A stretch of 64,000 nt of DNA from Amphiscolops sp. MND2022. Its lineage: Eukaryota. Position 1 is the stretch's first letter. Every line of letters starts with the position of its first letter. Below are positions 25,101-37,100 of this stretch, piece after piece. The notes under the pieces were generated by a model, which was given only the letters and a program-made list of their open reading frames with translations, did not search any database and was not told the origin of the DNA. The stretch covers positions 47,430,001 to 47,494,000 of the forward strand of contig OZ076409.1 in the NCBI GenBank assembly GCA_964187785.1, in the 5' to 3' direction. The translations under genes were made by a program, and so were the position numbers.

Positions 25101-28100
25101 TTCCTCGGTATACTGCGGCCCGATTAAAACTGGCATACAAAGATACTGATTCCCTGCTATACTGTATCGAGACAAGTGACTTGTACCAAGACATGGCATG
25201 TTTCAAGCACCTACTGGACCTTTCAGATTATCCACGTGAACATTTTTTGTATGATCCTACCAACAAAAAGGTACCCTTGACAATGACAGATGAACTGCAG
25301 GGTAAAATCCTTCGGGAGGTAGTATGTCTGAGGTCCAAACTTTATAGTATAGATTTTGTTGGAGGTAAAAAGCAGAGTGCGAAAGGCGTCTCCAAAACGG
25401 TTAAAAAGACTCTGCATCACGATCTTTTCAAACAATGCCTTCTATCGAAAAAGAATTTCACCAAAAGAATGACCCAACTTCGTTCCTTCAATCATCAAAT
25501 TGTGGTAAACTCTGTCGACAAAATAGCTCTCAGCTCGTTTGACGACAAGCGGTACATCCTGGATGATGGAATCAATTCTCTCGCCTATGGTCATTATAAA
25601 ATACCTTCATCTCTTCGAGGTTAGTTTATTCGATTTCATTAAAAGATTCACCCAAGTGCAAAACTTTCAAAGTATTCTTGAAGGTTCCGTCGAACCGACA
25701 AATGACGAATCTACCGACTAGGAGAGTTTGAGGAGCTCAAGCAGCCACGAAAGTAGTAGAAGTAGTTCATCAGATGAATCGTCTGCCTCTTTACCAAGCC
25801 ACAACAGTCCCCTGAAAAGAGCATGGCAATCGGCTAGTTTCAGTGAGTAGTACTAGTATCGATTCCAAAGCTACATTTATTCAAGAGCCTGTACTTTTAG
25901 CATGCCAGTCTGATCTTGTTTTTCTTTTAGCTGGCCCAGACCCTGGTCTTTACCAACAAACTTCAATGGCCGACGATGATGAGCTTTCGGATATTGTTGA
26001 CTGGGACAATTTGTCTGTAGACCTTGAAGCTGATGAAAACCAAGACAAGTTCAACTGCCCGCTTATCAACTACGAGGCCCAAGAGTCAAGTGGTGACGAT
26101 TGTATTGAAGCCAATGAGCAGCTTCCCTCGAGAAAAATGAACAGTCAAAGTAGTCGTAAAATACAAATTGTAGACTATTCTTCCAGTAGCGATGAAAACG
26201 ACGCGACGCATGGCCTGGTCTAGTCTTATCAAAGTGAAAACAAGGTTGCTATGAAAGTTCATTTGTATTCAACGCACAGTATATCTGAATAAAGTTTTGT
26301 ATTTATCATTTATGAAACGGATTATTTCAATTTCACTACATGATTTCAATTTTTCATCCATTTGAGACAATTCGCAGGGTTTCTTTGCTATATAGTGAAT
26401 CAAAAAGAGACAATAGAGACCACACATATTGGAACTAGCATTTTGAAGTTTGAGTGCAATTTGTCGATATCCCGTTTTGCCATACAATTGATTCAGGCGA
26501 TTGAAAAACGTTGTGTAGAGAGACACTGGTCGACCCAAACAGTCCCAGACGAACACCTGCATTTTCTTTTGTCCTTGCGCAATTGTAGCGCCGAGAAGTA
26601 ACCAGTGCGATCCATGTGAGTTTTTGGGGGAAGTATTCACAATTTGAAACCAAACCAATCGTTCGCTCGCAAGAAGGTTTGTGTTCGTATCAGTAGATAC
26701 TGGTTGCAAGCTGAAATTGTCCGCTGACCAAATTCCCGCAAAGGCTACGCTCAGTGTGGAGTTGCCAAAAATCATGTGTTTTAGAGTTGCGCTATCCATC
26801 GTAGGGTCTGTTTTTCTTTATATTTCTTGCTGAATCGATAGTGACTTGACTGAACCGTTCCCCAATCAAAAATAACTCGATTGCATCGTCGAGAGCTTTT
26901 TCAAAGTACAACTTTAAAGTTAGGCTGGAACCGGTGAGTTCGGGAAAGAGTGTAAAGTTTTTGCTAGCCTCCTCTGTTGAAGTCAAGTCAAAAACAAGGA
27001 AAAAATGATTGTCCTCGTAATCCTCAAGTTTGATTCCGTTGCGTTTTTCCTTAAAGCCGAGTGCTGTTATCGTATTGTAATATAACCTCACATTGTTTGT
27101 GGTGTCTAGGGGAGTTCTTGCGAGCGGAACCCCATTTCCCCGCTGAATTTCTACCCGCTGCAAGTTGAACTTTTGATAGGAGAATGGCGTTTCATTGAGT
27201 GGAGTACTCCGGAAAAGAGAATTTTTTACCATACACAAAGTTAGACGCCGAATGGGCTCTGTCCCGAAAATATTCTCCTTTATGAAACAATTTTGTCCAG
27301 CTTGAATGATAAAACTTTTGTTCAAACTTTCAATAAAGGAATATATTGCGTCACTTTTCATTAATGCCCTCTCAATTGACAATTTGACACTGTCAGTCAC
27401 GACCACTTTTCGAACAAAGAGAGGCTTTTTCAACAACTGGAAGTATTTTACCGTCAAGGTTCTTGACATCGTCATCAGTGCCCTTCAGATGGAGAACAGT
27501 GTTGTTTGGAGATCGATATAGACGCACATGTAGAGTTACATTTGGAAGTAAAAATTTCTCACAGTCCAAAAAGTCAATGTGGAGAGCACCGCAGAGCTGA
27601 ATTTTGCATTCCTTTTTTTCTGCAAAGCTGGCAGCGAGCTTGTTAAACTGTTGATCTTTTCCAGTCGACTTGGCCAAATAGTTGTATCCTTGGCATTCGG
27701 CCCATGAGTTTTTGCTTCCCGTGTCAGTTGAAAGTTCAGTCTCCACAAATGCTGAATGCAAGTAACAATTATTGCTGTGCGAAATCAATTTTTCATTTAA
27801 GTAAAGTTCCGCATGTGAGAAGAGAGTGTGAAGTGTGTTGTTGGAGAAAACAACGTCAAAATCACCAGGTTTGGCTTTTGTCTTGCCATCTTCAAGATAA
27901 ATTGCTACTTGAACGCAAAGAACGATGCGATTCAAGTCTATTAGGTTTTCTGCTTCCGCAGCAACAAAGTCAATTGAGGTCCACGGCAACCCACGTGTGG
28001 AAAAACTTCTTGATCGTAGGCGCCTTCAAAGTTGATATAACTCCTGGTTTCTCGAAAAAGTCCAACGCACTGTGTGTCACGGGCCTCGCAATCTCTGTTG

Positions 28101-31100
28101 CACTGCCGACAAATAAATTGTTGACGGACGCCAGCTTGACAAGTTTTAATTGGAATATTGAATTTCAGACAAAATGTTGGACCGACTTCTTTTGGCGGCT
28201 GTTTTTCTCGAAATGCTGGTCGAAATGTTTCGTTTCCTGTTGACCAATCCTGCCACTGGCCGTTCGCCGCCTCCGACGCTTCCATTCGTCGCCCGTCGCG
28301 CCGCCCCCGGTTTCCGCTCGCCGCCGCCCGGGCGAAGTGCGACGCCCGCCGGCAAGTTTTTACTCATTGTTTTTGCAGCAGTCTTTTTCGCAACACTGGC
28401 TAAAAGTTTCCGATTGGGCTTCTTTTTGCCAGTCAGAACATCTCCAATTTCGGGAATTGCAGTCTCCAGCAAGTTTTTACCAACTTGTCTTGCCACAGGC
28501 AAAACGTATTTCCTTACTAGAGGAATGGCCACACGTCCCATACGGACTGCAAACGCTCCCAGCCCACCTCCAGATCCCATCTGTCTGGCAGGTCCACTGT
28601 AATTGGTGTGAGCGATGACTGATTTAATTTGCGAATCATAGTGAGCATCGATTGTGAAAGCAAGCAATATTTGAAATTGACCACCAACTGAACCTCCCAA
28701 ACGTTGGAGAACGAATGACGCGGATTAATTTCGCGGCACCGGTCGGAATGCTAAAGTAATGTTGGTGCGTCCGCAGCTCAAAAAGGGCATCTTTTGACCC
28801 ATCTCATTGGCGAGAGTTAGACTGATTGACTGAAATTGGGGTTTGACGATTCGCTTCCACTGCATGTTTGTGAAGCTCTTGTGGTTCACCTCACCCATAG
28901 TTTGCGCCAAAGCTATACTCTTGAGGGGAATGGACCTCAGGAGTGCCGTCTGCGTGTCGCCCAGCGTCTCGTTTTGTACAAGATCACAATAGATAAACAT
29001 TGTGTGACTGCCGGCATTCAAATCGACGGGCCACAGTCCGACTTGTTTCACAACCTTGGCAGTTCCTGAAGCAATTTTGTCAGGAGATTCAGCTTCGTAG
29101 CGATTTTGCGATTGACAATCGATGATTATATCGGTGCCCAAAATGTTTTTCAAATCGTCCGAGACTGCAATAATTTTAAATGCCTCGTTTTCAGCAATGC
29201 CGCTCGACTTGACATGCAACCTCCTCGTTACACTATCAATTTTCCAAGACATCAAAGAGTCATTCGTCCGAGGATTTTCGATCAATTTGCCATCTTTCTT
29301 GCCTAGAGCAGCTTTCATGATGGCTTTCATTATTGAGTCCACCGATGGGTAACAACCGGACTTGATACAAAGCGTTACAGGTTCACTGTAATTTGGTTTT
29401 TGGGTTAATGCTGAAGGGACCGCCATCGAGATCAAACCGTGTTTGTGATGCCTAGGATATTTTTCAACTGACAAGGCCGGCACTCTTTTTGAGACTGTAA
29501 ACTCTCCAACAGTAACGTTTTGGATCATTGCCGGCCAAGCAATTTCAACCAGTGCCACTTGCCAATCGCCAGGCAAGGACTGTTGTTGGTAACAGCGTCG
29601 TGAAGTTTGACGAAGAGTTTCCGGGAAAAGTAGTCATGGACGCGTTCGATATTAGGTTCATCGTAAACTCTTGACCACCTCGGCTGCTTGTTCTGTCCAT
29701 GTCTCCAATTCGTTTCAGACTAGGATGGTACTACAAACTTCACGAGTTCGGGTTCGTAAAACTTTCCCTGAATAATTTCGTTATTTCTATCCTTGACAAT
29801 GTAAGTGGGAGGGTTGCAAGTGGGAATCGAAGTTACAGTGAACAACTCTTCAGTGAATTGAATCTTATATCCTCGATGAAATGTATCAATTTTGCGTCGA
29901 ATTCGAACTTGATCGCCAACTTTGAATTTTGGTTGCTGCAGAACATTGGTGTGACAAAGCGATAAGTAGGGCACGTCTTTTTTAAGACTGTAAGATGTAC
30001 TTGAAGATCAATGATTTGAGAGATCGAATATTTCTTTCCGCCAGTGCAGACTTTGTTTCGCTTTTGGTGGAATAAATTACAATATCTTTTGATCGACAAA
30101 AACTGGCAAACTCTCCAGAGAATTCGCGGCCCTTGTCTACCCAAATCTTCTCAGGCTGATGCGTTGCATTGCAAATTTTGGGTACCGGAGGCATTCCGTT
30201 TTTGACAATGATCCTCATTAGAGCTTCTTTGCAAGCTTGTGATGTTTTAACTTTGAGGGGCTCTACCCAGAGATAACGGCTTAGGGCGTCTACTGCCACA
30301 AACAGATATCTAATTCCGCTGTTGTTAGCTGCGAATTTTTGCATATCGGCCAAATCAACTGACCAAATTTCATTCAACCTATAACTGACAACTTTCAATC
30401 GCAAGAAACGTTTCCTGGTTAGTTTGAATTTTGTGTACGTTTCGCTCGAATTGAGGTATCGATCTACATTTTTGGGAGAGCATTGGGAAGTTGTTACCAA
30501 GTTGCGTCTGCTTCCAAAAGCTGCTTTGCTCCTAGGATTTGTATAACTTTCGTGAATTTTCGTGAAGGAAGTAGCATAATCTTGGTCAGCTTCGTCGCTG
30601 AGTAGAATTCTGCTTCGATTACACTTAGAGCACAAAAAGTTGTCGTTGTATTCCTTGCTGTTCGCGAGACCGCTGCATTTGAAATGCACCCAACCGCAGA
30701 CATGACACCAAAGTGAGGGAGATGTTTTGGATCCTTTACCCAGAGGCGTTTTACAAGATCCACAAAACCACCTTTTCATTCTAAAAATTTGTCAACCACT
30801 GACTGCTGCTACCCTGTTCTGTGTCGAGTTTTAGCCTTTTGTAGGGAGACGCTCCGCTCGCTAAGCGAATTTGATGCTGATTTTGATTACTGGTCTGTCT
30901 CGCGTAGGTGTTTGCCAGCAGAAATGGTGGAATTCTGAGAACTTCAACCAGAGTGAGAAATTTCTTTGGCAATTGTTTTGTATTGACTTGCAATGCTGAG
31001 AGAAACTCTACAACACTTACTCCCGTGTCTTGTTGATCTAAATTGATGGTTTGATTAGTTTCGTCTATCGTAGTTCGTTCGCAATCTTCAATCTTTTTCA

Positions 31101-34100
31101 AAATTTGTCTCGACCTTTCAACTTTTCCACCGGTCACGCCAGATTCTAGTAAATTTGACAAAACTTGATCAGATGGGTTTTTGTATGATTGTTTTATCTC
31201 TACGGCGTTCGAAGTGCTCGAGTCTCCCGAATGGTAGCGTGAATTCAAGTTCAACTGGGCAACTAAAGAGTCTTCGGGTAATTCCTTTGTCGTATTGAAA
31301 GTTTTGATCTGGTTATCTTCAATCGGTTCAAAATTAGTTTGAGTAGCTTCGGCAAACTTTGAAAGTAAATGCTGTTTTTGCTTCTCACGTGCGTCTGTTG
31401 ATTTCTCTTGTCTTTCAAGAGAAATGTAATCTTCATGAGTGATTACGATTAGGTCACGCAGGCTACTGTTCGATGCCATGGCAACTTTTCAAATGAATTA
31501 GTACGAATTAAAATCAATTTCAACAGACGCAAACCTCTCTTTTTCGCTTCAAGGCAACTCGACGTTTCGAACAATTTTTTTCTAGATTCACTTTCTCACG
31601 TGCCAGGGAGACAGCTTTTTCTTGCAACTTTTTGTCTAGCTTGACTTTTCCCTTTACTACGTTGAAAACACAGTCACAGAAAAACTTCAATAGATTATCT
31701 GGACAATGTAAAATGGAAAATTTTTTCAATGTAGGTGAAAACTTTAGATATGAATCAACTGTATAGTAATTTTGTAAATTCATCATTGATTGAGATGAAA
31801 AGTTCGTCTCTCGTGCAATAAAAGTGGGATGGTTCGTCACCAGAGCAATGTGAGCAGTATCTGAGGTTCCTGCTGCTCCTCACATCCAAATCTATCAATA
31901 AATGACCAAATGCTTCTTGAGTTGCTCTTTTATAGACCTTCAATAGAGTAGAACGCTCGCCCAGTTGACGTCCCAAAATTCCAATTTGTTCAGAATCTCT
32001 TGGACAATCGAAAAGAACAATTTGAGTCACATTCAAATCAATTGTCTTTGAGTATTTGGACTGTTGGAAAAGATTGTGCCGTAACACCATCAGGTGAACG
32101 TTGCGATGACGGCCAGCGATGACTAGGTCCAAAAACTCTTTGCTGTTAGCAGCTTCGTCATACAGGTCGTCTATAACGACGAGAGTACGTTGCTTCAAGA
32201 TTTCTCCCCGCTCGACCGCATTCCACTCCAAGCCTTGAATGAGTTGCAGATCAACTTAGTTGGCAAGGCATTCTGCTTCAAGTTGTCTATACGGTTGCTG
32301 GTAATGCTTCTGGCCCCACAACAGAAAGAAACAATGAGGATTTGTACTGATTCTCTTGTTCATGTTTTTGGACCAGGTAAAATATGGCCTATGCAAGCTG
32401 ATAGAATCGCTAGAACCCCGGACGAAACTTTGTTGTCGTTTTCACAAAGGGTTAGGAAAAGAATACAGAAAGTAAAAACAGCAACAATTATGAAATAATG
32501 TAAAAAGACCAACACCAGAGACCTTTCAACTCGAGAATTACAACAACAAAAAGCGTAGGGTGGTCTTTCGTTGTCTGTTTGGTCGAATATGATTCTTTCA
32601 AGGTTCGGAACCGATAAATTTCCGTGATCGATTTGATCCTCTTGTTCGCTTCGATTGTTCAACGACAAGTTACTGTAGTAGCCACTAGTATGGCTCAAAT
32701 CAAGGCCGCTCATAACCTGGCGTAATTTCGAATCAAATTGATATCTCCTCCTCAGGATGCAACTGAACAGAATAATATTTAAAGTACAAATGATTGTTAA
32801 AATGGAAATGCATCAAAATGCTCTCGATGGAACAATTTGACGAATAACCAATATGATATTCCTGAGAAATGTCCTAGAAGCATATTGTTGTGGAAAGACT
32901 GAGCCTTTGTGAGAGTGTAGACGTAACCTGGGCCAACTTCCTCGAAGCTGCGCATGTACCCAGGAGCATCATGGAAAATTGCATGCAGCCTAAAGACTTT
33001 GGAAAATCTTAGATAATTATCCAGCTTACTATCGCCTGGCCCTATCTTGCCTCCGAATGGTGCCTTAGCGTTAACTTCCCTCAAATCAACATTCTCGTCT
33101 ATATAACGACAAACTGCTAAGAAAGCGTTTTTGGTGCTGCTGTTTTTAGGAAAGCAGTAGCTAACTGCCACAAAATTTTCACAAATTTGTCTCGCAGAAA
33201 ACATTACAATTTCACTGAAAGTTTGAATTATAAAACAAGGCAACTGTTTTCAAATGAAATTTTTACAGAAATGAAGTATCGATTATGGTGTCTTCATTAT
33301 AAGGGGAAAACAGTTGAGCGCTTGGTGGTGTGTTGTCGATCGCTTCGTCGAGTTGCAATGGTTGATTCAGACATTCAAAGCACATGCATTGAGCATTGGA
33401 GACTACCAGATCAATATCCAATATTCTACTGTGCTCAGAAAGAAAAAGTCGCCCGATACCTCGTTGTAAAAGTTCAATATGAGATATCACAGTATCCTTG
33501 AAAGGCGCATCACTTTTTTCTAGTTCCACAAGCTTTTGAAATATGTATAAAGCCTTTTCGTTATCGGGACAGTCACCCAACGAATTGTGTCTGTCAAGTT
33601 CCCAAACGCACTTGAAACTACATCCCAAACTTTCCGTTGTTTTCCGAGTCATCAGGCTCTTCATTCTCTCGCCTTCTACAATGAGAGATCTAGGAGAAAA
33701 AATTGACGTCTCTGTTTTCAGAAAGTTTTCTGGATACGAAACTGTGAGAAGTCGTACCTTTGCCCATTGTTCATTGGACAAAACTTGTGAAATGGTTTGT
33801 TTCAACATTGTTTCGGCGTTAGTGCATTGTGGGAGATACAAGAGAAGATGGTGATGATTTGTAAGCATGGCTTCACAAAACTCGTCCAGCGATCCATTTC
33901 TGGAGTCCTCTTTCGTATGAACTCTTCCAATGGATTGGCATTTGTGAGATTTGGAGAGTATTTCCAGTAAATTGGAAAGACTTGTGGGTGATTTTGAACC
34001 GCTGTCCTTTGAATTACAGTAGACATCACTTTCGGATTCTTCCGTTGAAAACAAGAGCAGCCAATAACTACTCGGTATTTCGCGAAACACTGAAGTCATA

Positions 34101-37100
34101 TCGCGCCTCGTGGTAAGGGTTAACTGCTCCGGAAACCATTTCAATTTATAATGACAATTTCTCTTATCAGAAGTATCATCGAAGGTAAACATGGAAAATT
34201 CCTTTGGAAAATACCAAGGGAAAGTTCCATGCAGAAAGCACAGTTTCTAGGTTTGTGATACCTAGATACTGCCGGCCCTGTTTTTTTTTCAGTTTCGAGA
34301 ATCAGATTTGTCTTCTAAATATATCAGTTTCTTTTTCGGAAATTTACGTATATTCCTATTACTGCTGCTGTCAGAGGACGAAAGGTTAGAATTTTATATT
34401 GAATTTCATTGCCCTGCATTAATGCATGAATAAAAAGCTATTTCTTTCAATTCAAGTTTCAAATGCATATAAGTCGGTCTGCTCGAAAGTTTATCATCAT
34501 TAGTTTGCATTAGTAAACATTCTTGACAATTGGCATACATTCCGCTCGGTATGGTTAAGATGAACTTTAACCTTTCTGACTTAGAATAATTTCGGTTGGG
34601 AGCCCTAAAAGTGAGATAGGTTTCTGACCTAGAATAATTTCGGTTGGGAGCCCAAAACATCATTTAACCCCCCCCTGCTATTACTACTGATATTTATGCG
34701 GTGCTTCAGCAACTATTTCAAGATCGAAGGGAGGAAATTCCATTGAAACATGAGAAACTTTAGTGAAATATTTATCTCTTTATATATCTTTTGAATGAGT
34801 AATAAATCAGGCTAACTCAGTGAAAGTTTGAATGTTTTTTTCAAAAATTCCAAACAACAAGCTAGATCTATTCCGGAACAAATAGCAAGCGGACACGAAT
34901 ACCTGAATGTTCTCAGACAGGAATTTTTCGAAGACATCGATGAAATCATCTGTTTCAGTGTCTTCCATTTGCTGCGATTGCTGATTGTAATTGTAACGAG
35001 ATGAGGGGCCTGATGATAGAGGAGAGTCCAAATAGGAAGAAGTTGAAGTTCGGTAACTGGATGAGTCATCATTCTCGTTTTCTTCCAACTCGTCTTCCTC
35101 CTGTCAAACAATAACATCTAAACTAAGGTGTTATAAATGAAAAACTTAGGTTTTTAAACAAAAAAAGCATTCAAGAAGTTCCAATCAAAAGCTTTTCGTT
35201 GAGTGTGGATTCAATGAGCGCATCAAAAAAGAGAAAGTTCATCGGAAAAGCCAGGTGTACGCCTGTATTGGACTGAATATGGAGTAAGACTGACTAATGA
35301 TGAAAGGCACACCTGTATTTCCATGCTAATTCTACGCATGCTTTCTTCACTGCAATACTCCGATTCATCTAACTCGTTGATGTCGTACAGATTATTTGCA
35401 TCCAGGTGCGGAATGTCTATTGAATTGTTTGGCGAAACATCGTCGAGATTCGTCTGCTTATGCTTCGATTCTACCTCCAAAGATAGGCTCGACACTGAAA
35501 TACCAAAACGATGACCAAAAATATGAATCAGAAAAAGTCCTGGAATAAAGAGTACCTGTATTGTTAAAAAAATGTTTTTAGTAACATCTAGATAAAGACT
35601 AGACAAATAGTATGAAATGAACGATGTCACATGGATAAGTTATGACTAACGATATGTTTCTTTAAGCTCCATTTCCAATTTGACTACGGCCTCTTGAGCA
35701 CTGCTAAGGTCTAGCTCCTGTTTCAACTGAGGCCTCAGTTGCTCGATTGTGTCACAGATCATGTTCTCGATGTCAGTGGGAAAACTAGCATTCCCACCAG
35801 TTTTGTTGGCATTGCTCATTGCTTCCACCAGAGTAGCGGCCCCTTTAGCTTTACTTTTGTTTTCACCCTGATCCCCTTTCTGTTGAGGACTAGATTTGGT
35901 ACCTGAAGCTGACTGCTGTCGAAACCATTCACGTTTCTCACACAGATATCTCTGAAACCAAGGCCACTATTCATATTTCTGGCAAAACTACAGCCAAAGA
36001 GAAAACTTGAATGATTTTCATTTCTTGTTTAACTATTTTAGAAATTCAAGGTTGATTTTAAAAATTTCTTCACTAATTTAAGGTTGCATTAGGACTTTGA
36101 TCTGGACTGATTCACTTCGTTGTTCTTCATTCAAGTTGAATGAAACGCGGGCATCCTATAGGCTACCCTATTACTTTGCAATGATTAAATTACTTGGAAG
36201 TAGACGAGAAAGCAGTCGAGCTTTTTCTTGGCAAGGCCCCCGTTGAAAAACTGGCCACAGGTGTCGAGGAGAGTGCACACTAGTCGGATGCGAAACAAGT
36301 TGTGGGGAGGGTCCAGCACCCAACTGCCGAAAGTGATGAGGGAGAAGAGAACGTGGAAGACAACCGAAGAATCGAGAAGTTTATAATTGTACAACTCTCC
36401 CAGATACTTGATCACGCTAATACGTCGCTGATTAAACTTGGCCTGTTGAACCTACACAAACACATCAAAGATACTTCCATATTCAACTGCCTTAAAGTTA
36501 GTGCTGCGGATTGTTATTATGAAGATATGTGTTCCGCGGATCGCAATTTTGTAGACATTCATAAATGTATCGTTTGAGGCAATTAATTTTTAGATTACTG
36601 TCATTCGTGGTCCCACACGTTACAACAAACATCAATGAACCCGCAAAAGCACCAAGATTACGGTAAAGGATTTCTACTGATTTAATGCGCTGGAAATGGT
36701 TGTGAGTTTCATACCTCCATGCCTTGGCGTATTTCCTCTAGAACATTGTCGATGACATGTATGACGACATGGTCGTGGTATTTTGCCAGTCCAGCCAGCA
36801 CGCTGGCCACGTACTGGATGTTGCTGAACTTCACTTCCCAGATGCGTGTGAATGTGTCTTGTGTGAATTCGACCACTTCTTCATCGTCCCAATGCAATTT
36901 TCTCAACTGATTCAACACCTGGACAAACAAATATATGAAATTGTGGTGTAAAAACTTCGTACTTTAATGACTCGTAACAGGCTTTTGAAAGCGTGTTTCA
37001 TCAGTTTAATCGCTGACAAATATAGAGGTTTGATTAGCTGCAAATAATAAAGCGTCAAAATACAAATCCACCACTTCGCTTGCCCATTTTCAAATTATTT

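Larger units (their letters stand above)
20590..34688. mobile_element. Full-length Polinton/Maverick (adintovirus-like endogenous virus), 14,099 bp
   Basis: AGTAGT...ACTACT termini, TIRs 20590-20786 and 34494-34688, perfect 6-bp TSD GATATT (20584-20589, 34689-34694), complete core gene set (pPolB, INT, PRO, MCP, mCP, ATPase). Confidence 0.97.

Noticed and set aside
28158-28618. Plus-strand ORFs of 81-142 aa opposite the core-protein gene
   Set aside because: Antisense shadows of a GC-rich coding region; no motifs.
34200-34260. Possible intron upstream of the 309-aa Polinton ORF
   Set aside because: Weak donor (GTATCA) and no upstream coding exon to test the frame.
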